47,519 nt of DNA from a virus. Its lineage: Duplodnaviria > Caudoviricetes. The stretch spans positions 1 through 47,519 of the IMG/VR virus record IMGVR_UViG_3300011443_000020; one strand, written 5' to 3'. The notes beneath the pieces are model-generated. The model ran no database searches. It was not told the DNA's origin and saw only the letters and a program-made list of their open reading frames with translations. A program made the translations under genes and the position numbers. Shown here in pieces: positions 1 through 10,263 of the stretch. Within the stretch, counting starts at the first letter, position 1, and every line of letters begins with the position of its first letter.

Positions 1-1267
1 CGGAGTAGACCCGGACGGCATTCGTGAACGACTCGACCGGCACATCGGTCCCCGTCCATCCGGCGTTCCGATACGCGAGGCGCGCGTCGGTCTGTGCGTG
101 GATGCTGCGGAACCCCGAGACGAACGCCGCCGCGCACGCCTGTTGGTTCTGCTGCGGGAGCCTGGCGAAGAGCCCATCCTCGGAATGGAAGACGCACGCG
201 CCGAGCTCGAACAGCCGACAGAGCGCGCCCATTGCATAGAAAAACGCAGGGTCAGACTCGCGCTTACCTTGATCATCGAACTCTGCTGCGCCAATCGGTT
301 CCCCGCTGATCGCGGGCTTGCCGGTCCCCTCGCTGATGCCGGCAATCTCTCGAATGCGGCGGACCTGGTTCCACTGGTCGCGCGAGCGGTCGAGGTGCGC
401 CGTATTGAACGGGGCGGCGCCATTCGGCGGATACCCTTCGGCGCTCATCTCGTCTTGGCCGAGCATCGCCCCGAGCGACCAGACGTGGCCGTTCGGCATC
501 GACCGCGCGGCGACGCTGTTGAACCCGGGGATGTCGTTGACGAGCGACGACTGCGACGGATGGCCGAGCTCGTTCGCGCCCTCGAGGATCACATGCGAGT
601 ATGGCCCGACCAGCGCCGATACCTGCTGCATGTGGGCCTCGACCTGGTAGCCCGTGGCCGAATCCGTGTTGACGACGAGGTAGAGGTAGAGCCCTCGCGC
701 CGCCGTCTCTTTCACCAGCGCCGGCAGCGCCGCGCGCGCCGACTCCGGGGTCTGGTTCGCCCAGGTCAAGGCGCCGCCGAACACCCGCACGCCGCCGAAC
801 CCGGTCGCCGCCACCCAGTCGAGAAACGCCGCGCGCTCCGGAGGGGGACGGGCGAGGAGTGACAACCCAGACGTCCAGAACCCACGATACGTCCCGGCAT
901 CCGTGACGAAGAAGCGCCCCTCGATCCGCATCGGCAGGAGCGGGGGCATCAGCCGGGTCAGCCGCAGATCCCGATGGCTGTTCCGCGTCAGGTCGACGTC
1001 ATACGCCGCCGGCGCGAAGCCCTGCGCCTCGACGCGCACCGTATGCGCGCCGCGCGCGAGGGTCGTAGACGTGTAGCCGTAGGTGTTCGTCGTGCCCTTC
1101 GCACTGGCGTCTACGATCAGCGTCGCGCCTGGCAGGTACGGACCCGTCGACTCGCGCACCGTGACCGAGTACTGGAACGACGTCGCCGGCGGATCGGGCG
1201 GCCGCGGTGGCCGGTTGCTACCACACGCCGCGACGGCCACGAGGAGGAGCACGGTCCAGATCTTCAC
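1..1267 (-). CDS. Lipoprotein with a PEGA/carboxypeptidase-regulatory-like domain and a clan GH-A (GH5-like) TIM-barrel glycoside hydrolase domain; runs off the left edge
   Basis: Absent from the ORF track; translated by hand. GTG at 1267 overlaps the TGA of the upstream gene and the frame stays open to base 1. MKIWTVLLLVAVAA-C lipobox; LPGATLIVD...G.HTVRVEAQGFAP; VILEGANE (acid/base NE); KPAISGEP (nucleophile-like E). Confidence 0.7.
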   Translation of the reverse strand, partial: MKIWTVLLLVAVAACGSNRPPRPPDPPATSFQYSVTVRESTGPYLPGATLIVDASAKGTTNTYGYTSTTLARGAHTVRVEAQGFAPAAYDVDLTRNSHRDLRLTRLMPPLLPMRIEGRFFVTDAGTYRGFWTSGLSLLARPPPERAAFLDWVAATGFGGVRVFGGALTWANQTPESARAALPALVKETAARGLYLYLVVNTDSATGYQVEAHMQQVSALVGPYSHVILEGANELGHPSQSSLVNDIPGFNSVAARSMPNGHVWSLGAMLGQDEMSAEGYPPNGAAPFNTAHLDRSRDQWNQVRRIREIAGISEGTGKPAISGEPIGAAEFDDQGKRESDPAFFYAMGALCRLFELGACVFHSEDGLFARLPQQNQQACAAAFVSGFRSIHAQTDARLAYRNAGWTGTDVPVESFTNAVRVYS

Positions 1268-3054
1268 AGCTTCTCCAGGCAGGAACGGACCAGCGCGGTA
1301 TGCGACGTCGGGTCACTCTCCGGCAGGTTGTGCGGGAGCTGCCGGTTCTCCTCAGACGGCGTCGAGGCCCACGACTGCACGGCATACCCGTCGAACCCGA
1401 GGCCCTGACAGTAGGTGAACCAGGCGCCGGCTTGCTTCACCCACTCGGCGTCGCTGATGTGTTCCTTCGCGTTGATGGTGACCTGCAAGGTCATCTGCGG
1501 GTCGGAGCGGTCCGCCACCAGTTCGCGAATCTGGCGATGGATGTCGGCGGTGTACACCGACCGCTGGTTGTAGTCGACGTCCATCCGGAGGAAGTCCGGC
1601 CGACCACCGAAGGCGTCCCAGACCTCGAGCCGCTCGTAGATGGCCCCGACCGACGCCATCGGATACGCGCAGTAGGCCCCGATGACCATGGACGGCCACC
1701 GCTCGCGGATCGTCCGGACCTCCGCCGCGAAGTCTTGCCCGGAGAGCTCCATGAACGCGTGGTCGTAACAAACAGCCCCGAGGGTCACGGGCGGGTCGAG
1801 CGCCGCGAACTTCGCGACGATCTTCTCGATGGCGTCGAGCGACTTGCCGACGACCTGCACTTCGATCAGTACCCCGGCGGCCTGGAGCTTCGTGAAGGCG
1901 TTCGCGCCGTTGAGCCAGTCCCAGGTGTTGGCGCCGCAGAACCGGTTCCCGTAGTCGCGGCCGTCGAGGGAGAAGTGCCCCTGGTAGAACTGGAACGCCC
2001 CGATGCGATCGAAGCCCCACTGCCAGAGGTTCGACTCCGTGAACAGCTGCGCCATGTCGGACGAGCCGAGGTTCGGGCCGAAGCAGATTTGTTTCCGAGC
2101 CGTGGGATCGGTCGGCGGCACGCGGTCCTCCACCGTGATGAAGCGCGGGTTGACGGTCTGGTCCGATCCCCCGGGTCCGTCGACGCGCAGCCGGATGCCG
2201 ACGATGCCCGGGTGCGGGAAGGCGTAGCCGTGCTGCGGCCGCGGGGGCGTCTGGATGGTGTCGGTGACCCAGATGGCATCCCCGTACGTCCACAGCCACG
2301 AGGCCGACGTCGCGGTGCCACCGGTATACGACGCCTCACAGATCGCCAACTGCCCGAGCGTGACCGTCGCCGGATAGCTGACGATGCGGCAGAGCGGCCG
2401 CTCGGGGGTGACGACGGGTGTCTCGAGCGGCAAGCCCTCGAGCTCCGCCACGGTGCCCCAGTAGTACCGGGCCTTGTTCTCCCGCTGCAGGATAAAGGCG
2501 ACCGCGAACAACGACCCGTGCCGGGTGAAGTGGACGCGGTAACATTCGCCGGGATCGAGCACGCGGTGCGGGCCGTTGCCGATCTGCACGATGCAGCCGC
2601 CCTCCCCTTGCCCGATGGTGATGCCCCCGAGGTGCGTCCACTCCCAGAATCCCGAGAGGCCGTAGGACTGCGCCAGCGGGGTCTGGCTGTTGACCGTCTC
2701 ATCCCCGGTGACGAGGTGCCCATCATCCGCGACGTAGCGATAGCCTTGACTGCCCTGCGCGATCGTTGAGAGATGGAGGAGGCCGCCGTGGTCGTAGATG
2801 ACCGGGTTGATGCCGTGGGTCAGGCCGCGGTCGTACCACCGGTGGTCCATGTGCTCGAGCGCGCGACCGGACTGGTGGCCTTGGCCTGCACAGACGCCAG
2901 GGGCCAAGAGTCGTGGGTAGAGGACCGCTTCGCCAGACCAGGCATAGCCGGGACTGTTCTCGGTCCAGGTGGTCGCGACATACGGCCCCATCTCGCCGGG
3001 GAGGCCCGGGAGACAATCCGCGCCTATGGCCCCGACAACGTCCAGCGTGATCAC
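1264..3054 (-). CDS. Multidomain protein with a central PKD/Ig-like domain and a C-terminal putative glycoside-hydrolase-like barrel
   Basis: 596-aa ORF coupled to both neighbours by GTGA overlaps; PKD-like segment SWLWTYGD...HGYAFPHPGIVGIRLRVDGPGGSD; alternating alpha/beta C-terminal half. Confidence 0.5.
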   Translation of the reverse strand: MITLDVVGAIGADCLPGLPGEMGPYVATTWTENSPGYAWSGEAVLYPRLLAPGVCAGQGHQSGRALEHMDHRWYDRGLTHGINPVIYDHGGLLHLSTIAQGSQGYRYVADDGHLVTGDETVNSQTPLAQSYGLSGFWEWTHLGGITIGQGEGGCIVQIGNGPHRVLDPGECYRVHFTRHGSLFAVAFILQRENKARYYWGTVAELEGLPLETPVVTPERPLCRIVSYPATVTLGQLAICEASYTGGTATSASWLWTYGDAIWVTDTIQTPPRPQHGYAFPHPGIVGIRLRVDGPGGSDQTVNPRFITVEDRVPPTDPTARKQICFGPNLGSSDMAQLFTESNLWQWGFDRIGAFQFYQGHFSLDGRDYGNRFCGANTWDWLNGANAFTKLQAAGVLIEVQVVGKSLDAIEKIVAKFAALDPPVTLGAVCYDHAFMELSGQDFAAEVRTIRERWPSMVIGAYCAYPMASVGAIYERLEVWDAFGGRPDFLRMDVDYNQRSVYTADIHRQIRELVADRSDPQMTLQVTINAKEHISDAEWVKQAGAWFTYCQGLGFDGYAVQSWASTPSEENRQLPHNLPESDPTSHTALVRSCLEKL

Positions 3055-4457
3055 GGTTGGCGCATTCTATAGCGAAACACCCGACCGCCGGAAGCGACTT
3101 CCACGACCCCGAGATCGAGGCCGTCATTCCCGGCGCCGCGGTAGGAACTCCCCGGGATCAACCGTTCATCGTCCGTCAGTTGCGCCTCGTGCTCCGCGAT
3201 GGTCGGGCGGAACGTCGTGTCGGGATAGACGTAGGACGCATGGCTGCTGGCGAGGACGTTGTGTGTCCAGGTGAACGTCGACGTCATCGCCGAGAGCCCG
3301 GTCGAGCCGATGCCTTCACTGGTGAAGACGCCGTAGTCGCGGTGGTACCCGAGGTTGTTCACGCAGGTCAGATCGTCGATCGCGAACAGCCCCGGCCGCG
3401 TGCCCGTGCTGACCTCGATGTCGCCCGCGTACAGCGTCATGAAGTTAAGGCCCTGGTTGATCGTGTTGTGCTGGATCGTGACCTCGCCCACTTCGTTGCC
3501 CGCCTGTAGGAAGAACCCCGTGCCGTACAGGTAGTTGTGCTGGATGGTGATGCGCGTCGCCTGGCCGCTCTGGTTCACGTCGTCGTAGCCGAGCAGGTTG
3601 ATGATGCCCTCGGTGTCCCGCACGGTGTTGCGCTCGAAGAGGACATCTTCGACCACTGACCAGGTCGATCCGCCTTCGTCGTTCCGGGTGGTGAACACGA
3701 TGGCCGTCCCGCTCTGACCGTCTGACCAGTTCCGTTCGAACGTGTTGCCTCGGATGACGACCCGTTTCGCCGATTTGAGTTCGAACAGGTTCTTGACGAC
3801 CTTGCCTTCGCCCAACCAGCTGAGTTGCTTGGAGAAGAAGTTGTTCTCGACCAGGATGTCCTGGGGGATGTTCCCCGCCGACGCACTGTTCGCCCCGCCG
3901 AAGAGCACATTGATGCTGGCCGCTTCGATGTAGTTGTCGATGAGGGTGTACGGCCCCGCGCCGTCCCACGCGCAGAACCCCTGCGACTCTTGGCCCACCG
4001 CCCAGATGTTGGCGATATGCGAGCGGGTCAGGGTGATGTTGGTGCCGTTGCCCTGCACGCCCCGCTTCTGCCCGGAGGCGCCAGCGACAATGAGGATCCG
4101 ATCCATGTAGATCGAATCCGACCCCGCCATGCGCAAGACTTCCCCGTTGCCTCCCGTCGCCGAGCCGAACTGCAACCCGTCGAGGATCCAATTCGCGACG
4201 CCCGTCCCGCCGATGAGCGGCGGGTCGCCGTTGCCGGGCGTGATGAGCGGCAGGAGCGACGCGTCCGCGACGGTGATGCGCCGGTTCGGCAGCGTCGCCG
4301 AGCTCCGCACGGTGATGTCCGCGCCGGCGGCCTTGACGGGCAACACGAAGTTCCCCGTGAACGTCGCGCCCGCCTCGACGACAATCTCGTCGCCGGGGTC
4401 CGCGTCGTCGAGCGCCGTCTGCAGATTGCCGCCGCTGTTGACCGTGATGGTTGCCAT
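3051..4457 (-). CDS. Right-handed parallel beta-helix protein (pectin-lyase-like, putative polysaccharide depolymerase)
   Basis: N-terminal LQTALDDADPGDEIVVEAGATFTG cap; repeated I.I..N rungs (ILVENN, VVIRGN, VLFERN, ITIQHN, VTIQHN). Confidence 0.8.
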   Translation of the reverse strand: MATITVNSGGNLQTALDDADPGDEIVVEAGATFTGNFVLPVKAAGADITVRSSATLPNRRITVADASLLPLITPGNGDPPLIGGTGVANWILDGLQFGSATGGNGEVLRMAGSDSIYMDRILIVAGASGQKRGVQGNGTNITLTRSHIANIWAVGQESQGFCAWDGAGPYTLIDNYIEAASINVLFGGANSASAGNIPQDILVENNFFSKQLSWLGEGKVVKNLFELKSAKRVVIRGNTFERNWSDGQSGTAIVFTTRNDEGGSTWSVVEDVLFERNTVRDTEGIINLLGYDDVNQSGQATRITIQHNYLYGTGFFLQAGNEVGEVTIQHNTINQGLNFMTLYAGDIEVSTGTRPGLFAIDDLTCVNNLGYHRDYGVFTSEGIGSTGLSAMTSTFTWTHNVLASSHASYVYPDTTFRPTIAEHEAQLTDDERLIPGSSYRGAGNDGLDLGVVEVASGGRVFRYRMRQP

Positions 4458-4461
4458 AGTC

Positions 4462-4884
4462 TTACGCCAGTCGTCGGACCCCGAGCACCTTGACGCGGTC
4501 GTACGCCTGCTCGGTCACCGCATTCGCTTGATTGCCGCCGAGGAGCCAGACGGATCGATGATCGTGTTTCAAGTAGAACCCGACGTGCCCACTGACGCCA
4601 TCGGTCCCCCGCTCGAGGATGACGACGTCGAACCCGCAGATGGCCTCGTCGAGCGCCACCGGCTGGCCCATCGTCAGCCACGACCGCGCCCGCGCCGAAC
4701 GGGTCCGCGGCAGGCCGAGGATGAACGCGATGGCGTTCGTGAATGCGGAGCACCACGGGATCTCGTCCGAGGCCTGGAGGCCCAACGAACAGAGCGAGAG
4801 GCACCACGAGATGAACGGATGACTCCCGGTGCCGGCGACTTCCGAGACGCCGAGAAAGCGACGGGCCACGAGGTAGGCCGTCAC
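4462..4884 (-). CDS. TIGR02594-family NlpC/P60-like peptidoglycan hydrolase, endolysin candidate
   Basis: DEIPWCSAF, SARARSW, GHVGF and LLGGNQ motifs; GTG start overlaps the upstream stop. Confidence 0.85.
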   Translation of the reverse strand: MTAYLVARRFLGVSEVAGTGSHPFISWCLSLCSLGLQASDEIPWCSAFTNAIAFILGLPRTRSARARSWLTMGQPVALDEAICGFDVVILERGTDGVSGHVGFYLKHDHRSVWLLGGNQANAVTEQAYDRVKVLGVRRLA

Positions 4885-5141
4885 CGGCGCGTCTTCAATT
4901 CGTTGATGCCCTTCTCGATCCGGTCGAGTTGCTGCTGCTGAAACGTCATCCATTGTTCGATGCGCAGAATCCGATCGCGCGCCTCCTGTATTTGCAAGTC
5001 CTGGTGCCGGTCATTGTTGCGCAGCTCCTGTGAGGCGTCCACGCTTTGCTGATAGGTGAGGCCACAAAGCGCCATGATGATGGTCAGCATGACGCCCATC
5101 AGCCACACCCGCCACGTCGCATCCCGCTCGGCCATAGGCAC
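4881..5141 (-). CDS. Small single-TM protein with a coiled-coil tail, lysis-associated
   Basis: Hydrophobic VWLMGVMLTIIMALCGL, heptad-like C-terminus, directly upstream of the hydrolase. Confidence 0.55.
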   Translation of the reverse strand: MPMAERDATWRVWLMGVMLTIIMALCGLTYQQSVDASQELRNNDRHQDLQIQEARDRILRIEQWMTFQQQQLDRIEKGINELKTRR

Positions 5142-5171
5142 GTCCCCTCCCCTCGCCGCGTGTGGTCGTGC

Positions 5172-6722
5172 TTAGTCCTGCGGCTCCTGACGATAGCGCC
5201 CGGCCGTCGTGGCCGACCGCTCCGTCGTCTGCGCGATCCGTTTCAGCTTCGCAATCAAGGCTTGCGCCTGCGCCGTGCGTCCGCCGCGCAGCGCATCTTC
5301 CAACGTCGTCATCAAGCGCGCGGTGTGGATCTTCGTCGTCAGGCCCGACTCCGCGATGGCCGCCATCGTGTCGCCGATCACCACGCCGACAATCGCCCCG
5401 AGGCCGCCGCCAGCCCCCGCCCCCGTCGCCGCGCCTGCGGTGCGCGCCATCGTGCGCTTGAACGTGTTGGGGCGGACCTGGTCGGTTTCCTTCGCGGCAC
5501 GCAACACACTGTCGGCCGTCTTGTAGAGATGGAACTGCGCATTCGCGGCGGCCGTCGCGGGGTCTTCCCCCGCCAGCGTCTCGCGCATGATCCCCGCGCC
5601 TTCCGCCGAAGCCTTGCCCCCGCTGCGTTGTTTCAGGTAGTCCGCCGAGATGGACGGGGCGTATTCCGCCTTCGCGCCTTCATCCCACGCCGCGCGCAAG
5701 CGGCGCAGCGCCTCGTAGCGCGCAATCGAGCCGAGTTGCGAGACTTCCTCGATCATCCGGTCGATCTTCGCGACCGCGGGCTGAAACTCCTCCGGGATCA
5801 CGTCTTTCCCCAAGGGCGCCCGGCGTCCTGGTGGCACCATGTCGGAGACGGCGCCTGTATTCGACACCAGTTGTCCCTGCGCGGCGCCACCCGTCGCCTC
5901 ACTCCCCTCCACCGCCTCCGCGACGAGCTTCTGTCGCGCGTCCTGGAGCTGCTTGAGGATCGGACCGGTCGGAATCGCCTTCGTGCTGTTGCGCGCGTCG
6001 GCCGCCTCGTCGAGCGCCGTGCGCGCCTCGTCCAGACGGGCCGAGACTTTCGCCGCGAGCGTGTCACGCGTCAGTGCGCCGAGCTCGGGATCGCGTGCGA
6101 GCGCCGGCGCGACCTCGCGCGCCTGATTCCCGAAGCGCGTCTTGTTCGCCCCCGTCTTCGGGGAGATGACCGCGGTCATGCGGTTCTCGGCCCCGCGCGC
6201 CAACGCATCGGCGACCGGCGCCTTGACCGCGGCCGGGACGCCCGGGGCGTGCTTCAGCAAGCCGGGCGATAGCAGGCCCGTGGTTTGTCCGAGCGCGGTC
6301 TGCCAGTCGCCCGTGGCCCCGAGCTCTTCGCCGATATTCGCGGCGGCCGGACCGACGAGCGGCAGGACGGTGGCCGCGCCGTGGCCGAGCATCTCGGAGT
6401 AGCGCCCCTCGCGTCCCGCCTGAATCGCCTTCTGCCCCTGCGTGACGTGCGCGTCCTTCACCGCATTGAGCAAGAGGCTGATGGCATCAATGGGATGCTG
6501 CGCGGCGTATAGCGGGCCTTCGATGTAGTCCCCCGGTGTCGTCGACGGCAGCACATATTGCAGCAGCCCGGACAGCGCACGGCTCAGCCCACCGGGTTGC
6601 TCGGCCGGCGCCTGCCCCGTGAAGTCTGGTGCGGCCGGTGGCGGTGCCGTGGGGGCTGCTGGTGGCGCTTGACCCGCCGCCGGGATGCCGGAGAAATCGA
6701 ACTTGCCGACCTGTTGGGGCAT
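5172..6722 (-). CDS. Internal virion / DNA ejection protein
   Basis: 516 aa, Ala/Gly-rich and helical; last of four abutting genes after the tail genes, as for the P22 ejection genes. Confidence 0.6.
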   Translation of the reverse strand: MPQQVGKFDFSGIPAAGQAPPAAPTAPPPAAPDFTGQAPAEQPGGLSRALSGLLQYVLPSTTPGDYIEGPLYAAQHPIDAISLLLNAVKDAHVTQGQKAIQAGREGRYSEMLGHGAATVLPLVGPAAANIGEELGATGDWQTALGQTTGLLSPGLLKHAPGVPAAVKAPVADALARGAENRMTAVISPKTGANKTRFGNQAREVAPALARDPELGALTRDTLAAKVSARLDEARTALDEAADARNSTKAIPTGPILKQLQDARQKLVAEAVEGSEATGGAAQGQLVSNTGAVSDMVPPGRRAPLGKDVIPEEFQPAVAKIDRMIEEVSQLGSIARYEALRRLRAAWDEGAKAEYAPSISADYLKQRSGGKASAEGAGIMRETLAGEDPATAAANAQFHLYKTADSVLRAAKETDQVRPNTFKRTMARTAGAATGAGAGGGLGAIVGVVIGDTMAAIAESGLTTKIHTARLMTTLEDALRGGRTAQAQALIAKLKRIAQTTERSATTAGRYRQEPQD

Positions 6723-8264
6723 CTACTTGGGTTCCTTGATTCCCAGCAGGGCGCGGTTCTTCGGGTTCTGCAGGAACTTGTCGATGCTCGCGTCGGACGC
6801 GTCGTACTTGCCGTCGAGCAGGATCTGCTTCGCGCGCGCGCGCACGTCGGGCGGGACGGAGGCCGCCGGCGGTGGCGGAGCGGACGGTCCAGCCGCGGAC
6901 GCGGGGAACGCCCCGGCGTAGTCGATGAGGTAGTCGTCGGGCTCCGCGTTCGTGCCCTGCGTCATCGCCCGGAACTGCTTGACGTAGCCCTTGCGGAGGT
7001 TGTCGTACGTCTGCCGCGAGGCTTCGAACTTGCTCATCATCGTCTTCTTGAGCATCGCCTTCGCGGTCGGCGTCAGGAACTCCGTGTTCTCATAGATGCG
7101 CCGGAAGTTGAACCCGAACTGGCTCAGGAACGTGCCCGCGTACCGCTCGGCCGTTTTGTATTCACCCTCGCGGACCACCGACTCCGGGTCCATCGCCTTC
7201 GCAAACGCATAGATGAGCGCGAGGTCATCCCCGGGGTTCTTGCTGTTGGGGTCCATGCTCTGCGCGAAGTTCACCCCTTCCGCCTGCGTCACCGCCCGCT
7301 GGACGTTCTTGTCGTTGCTATACCGCGCCGCGAGGGCATTGACCTGCGACTGCAAGCGCGGCGGGAGCGCCGGCGTGTTCGCGCCGGCCCGCGCCTGCGC
7401 GAGGGCGATCTCTCGGATCGCCTGCAGCGTGGGATCGGCCGGGTCACGCGCGACCTTCGTGATGATCGCGTCGCGTTCTTTCGCGTCCGGCGGTCGGCCC
7501 TTCTCGGCCGTGAACACGTCGACGGCGCTCTGGAGGCGCGTCTCGAACTCGCTCGGATTGTTGATCTTGACGTCTTTCGGCGGCTGGATAATGCCGCCCT
7601 GCGCGTCCCGGATCACGGGATAGCGCCCGAGCTCGGCGGCCTCCGCAATCGGCACCCGCTCCGCAATCCCGTCGCCGTCGCGGTCGAACTCGACGAACCC
7701 GCCAGACCCGAGCACTTCCGCGCCGTGCGTCTGGACCAGTGTCTCGATGGCTTTCTTCGCGTCGGCCTCGGCGGTCGGCCCGGTATAGGGCACCGCGGTC
7801 CGGAGGGTGTTCGGACGCATCCCGAGCTGCGTTTCGTACCCCGTCACGGCCGCATCGTAGGCCGCCTTGGTTGGGAACTTCTGCGCGCGCAGGTTGTCGA
7901 CGACGGCGCCGATCTGCTGTTGGCGCCGCTGCTCGATCTGCTGTTGCTGCTGCTGCAGCAGGTACTCGTGCCGGAGGCGACTGTCTTCCTGCCGCCGGCC
8001 TTCTTCCTGCACCGCGAGCTGTTCCCGCAGGGCCTGCTGCCGCTGGACGTCGACCTGTTGGACGCCCTGCTGATACCCGCCAATCGCGGCGGGGCCGATC
8101 TCTTTGTTCCCGCCGATGCGTGCCCCGATGGAAAAAAGCGCGGGCAAGAGCGCGGCCCAGGCCGGGGCCTGCTGCGGCAGTGACACAGGCGTCTGCATCG
8201 GCGGCGGGAGCGTCGCTTGCGGATTCGGGAACGACTCGTCGTCCGGCGGAGGGAAGGGAAACAT
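6723..8264 (-). CDS. Internal virion / DNA ejection protein
   Basis: Gln-rich N-terminus and DLALIYAFAKAMDPESVVREGEY, a motif I associate with podovirus ejection proteins. Confidence 0.65.
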   Translation of the reverse strand: MFPFPPPDDESFPNPQATLPPPMQTPVSLPQQAPAWAALLPALFSIGARIGGNKEIGPAAIGGYQQGVQQVDVQRQQALREQLAVQEEGRRQEDSRLRHEYLLQQQQQQIEQRRQQQIGAVVDNLRAQKFPTKAAYDAAVTGYETQLGMRPNTLRTAVPYTGPTAEADAKKAIETLVQTHGAEVLGSGGFVEFDRDGDGIAERVPIAEAAELGRYPVIRDAQGGIIQPPKDVKINNPSEFETRLQSAVDVFTAEKGRPPDAKERDAIITKVARDPADPTLQAIREIALAQARAGANTPALPPRLQSQVNALAARYSNDKNVQRAVTQAEGVNFAQSMDPNSKNPGDDLALIYAFAKAMDPESVVREGEYKTAERYAGTFLSQFGFNFRRIYENTEFLTPTAKAMLKKTMMSKFEASRQTYDNLRKGYVKQFRAMTQGTNAEPDDYLIDYAGAFPASAAGPSAPPPPAASVPPDVRARAKQILLDGKYDASDASIDKFLQNPKNRALLGIKEPK

Positions 8265-9608
8265 CTAGACCACCGGCCTCGAGGTCGCCGTGCGTGTGCC
8301 GCTCATCCCCGGAATCAAGCCGAGGAGCCCCGGGAGCGACGAGAGGAGACTGCCCCAGAACGCCTGGTCCTGACCCGCGGCCTGGTTCCCCGCGGCCGTG
8401 CCGCCGTTCGCCAGCGCCAGAAGGGCGGTGATGAGGCCCGCGGTGTTGTCCGCCTGTGGCACTTGGGTCGCGTTCAACGACCCCAGCGCACTCTGGTTCG
8501 CGGCGAGCGCCTGGAACGGCATCTGGGCCATCTGCCCGGAAATGCCCAACGCCTGCAGGAGCCGCTGCGTCGGTTCGTTCTGGAGGCTCTGCCCGATGTT
8601 CCCCATCTGGCTCGCCGCCGACAGTTGCAGGGGCAGGTTCTTCCCCGAGAGACTCGCCAACATCTGGCCGATGTTCACGGCCTCCTGCTGCCGCGCTTCG
8701 TTCGCGCCGATCTCGCCGACCGCCAGTTGTCGCTGGCCCTCGCCGAGGATCTCATCGAAGCTGCGATCGATGTCCCGGACGTCGCCCTCGATGAGCCCCG
8801 AGCTCAGCCCCAACCCGCGCGCGGCGTTGCGCTCGAGGGCCTGCGTCTGTCGCGCTTTGCGCTGCGCCTCGAGCGGCTCCGAGAAGTTCGTCTGGATGAG
8901 CGCCCGCTGCTCCGGCGTATACGCCGGTTGGTCGAGCTGCGCGAGCCGCTTCCCGGCAATCCCCTGGAACTGCTCATACCCCGAGTCGCGCGTGTTCATC
9001 AGCGCGGTGAGGGCCGAGAGCGCCTGCTGCAGGACGGGGTGCGTCTCCTGCGGACCGAGGAGGCGGCCGATGCCTTCCTCCCCGAGCGAGAAGAACTGCT
9101 GCAGGGCGGGGTCGTTCCAGTAGTTCCCCATGCCACCGCCGGCGTCGGGGCTCCACTGATAGCCCTGACCGCCGAGCCCGGCCGAGATCACCGCGTCAAT
9201 CGTCTGGCCGTTCGGGAGCCGAATCTTGTCGCCCTTCGACCCGAACCGTTCGATGCCGGGGAACTGCGACTCCAACTGCGGGTAGATGGTGTTGATGAAG
9301 TCGTCGAGCGACCCGGACGTGCCGGCGCTCGCCTGCTCCGCGGCCGTCTTGAAGGCGTTGTAGTTGAACGGGCTCTGAGTCGGCTGCTGCACCGTCTCCG
9401 GCCAGGTATAAGGCTGGCCGTACAGACCCCCACCGGTAATGCCGGTATTCGTGGGCGACCCACGCGGGGCCGTGGGCGCCTGAAAGCCGGGCACGGTGTA
9501 GGGCGGCGCCGCCGGCGCGGACGTCCGGCGCCGGGACGTGCCGCTCGCCGCCCCACTGATCGTGGGGGTCGCGTACGGGTCGCGGCCTTCAAGGTCCAGA
9601 AGCGGCAT
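8265..9608 (-). CDS. Internal virion / DNA ejection protein
   Basis: Gln/Ala/Gly-rich, NAARGLGLSSG motif, amphipathic Gly/Leu C-terminus; position. Confidence 0.6.
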   Translation of the reverse strand: MPLLDLEGRDPYATPTISGAASGTSRRRTSAPAAPPYTVPGFQAPTAPRGSPTNTGITGGGLYGQPYTWPETVQQPTQSPFNYNAFKTAAEQASAGTSGSLDDFINTIYPQLESQFPGIERFGSKGDKIRLPNGQTIDAVISAGLGGQGYQWSPDAGGGMGNYWNDPALQQFFSLGEEGIGRLLGPQETHPVLQQALSALTALMNTRDSGYEQFQGIAGKRLAQLDQPAYTPEQRALIQTNFSEPLEAQRKARQTQALERNAARGLGLSSGLIEGDVRDIDRSFDEILGEGQRQLAVGEIGANEARQQEAVNIGQMLASLSGKNLPLQLSAASQMGNIGQSLQNEPTQRLLQALGISGQMAQMPFQALAANQSALGSLNATQVPQADNTAGLITALLALANGGTAAGNQAAGQDQAFWGSLLSSLPGLLGLIPGMSGTRTATSRPVV

Positions 9609-9611
9609 GGG

Positions 9612-10256
9612 TTACCTCGGTTGCAGCCGCATCGCCAGCGAGGCAATCGCCTGCTGCAAGGGGGCCGACTGTTGCGCCTTCGCCTGCTGCGCGGCGTAAT
9701 TCTCTGCGCTCTGCGTCTGTTGCTGTTGAATCAACGCCTGAATCAGCGGGGCCATGGTGGCGAAATCCATCCCGCCCGAGGCTTGCCGCCGCGCGTTCTC
9801 CGCCGACTTCCCGGCGAAGATGCCGCCACCGAGCGACGTGCCCGCCGAGATGAGCGGGAGCCACTTCTGGAGGCCCGCCAGCGCCCCGCTGGCGCCCGCC
9901 GTCGCACTGCCCGCCCCAGCCATGGTGCCGAGGCCGCCGAGCCCGGAGATCGCCCCAGGACCGCCCGCCAGCCCGGCCGCGCCCGCACTCCCCGCGCCGC
10001 CGGCCCCGAGCGCCCCCGCGAGCGCCCCGCCGCCGCCGAACCCGCCGACCATCAGGAGGGGGAACAGGGGGTGGTTGATCAGCCGCGAGAGGCCGGAATC
10101 CTGGGTGCTCACCGTGCCCGACTTCCCCACCTCGAACCCGGACGGCGGCGGCGTCCCGCGGGTCTGGTACTGGTGGTTGTAATAGTTCGCCGACCCGGGG
10201 GTGTATTCGTCCTCCCGCCGGGGTCGGGCTTGTCCGAGCAAGGTCGTATCAGGCAT
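9612..10256 (-). CDS. Gly/Ala-rich pilot or ejection protein
   Basis: Long GA-rich hydrophobic tract followed by a Gln-rich tail; position. Confidence 0.55.
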   Translation of the reverse strand: MPDTTLLGQARPRREDEYTPGSANYYNHQYQTRGTPPPSGFEVGKSGTVSTQDSGLSRLINHPLFPLLMVGGFGGGGALAGALGAGGAGSAGAAGLAGGPGAISGLGGLGTMAGAGSATAGASGALAGLQKWLPLISAGTSLGGGIFAGKSAENARRQASGGMDFATMAPLIQALIQQQQTQSAENYAAQQAKAQQSAPLQQAIASLAMRLQPR

Positions 10257-10263
10257 CAGATCC

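Noticed and set aside
3051-4457. Host assignment to Acidobacteriota from the beta-helix protein and GC content
   Set aside because: Only a recollected resemblance; needs a database search or a CRISPR spacer/dif match
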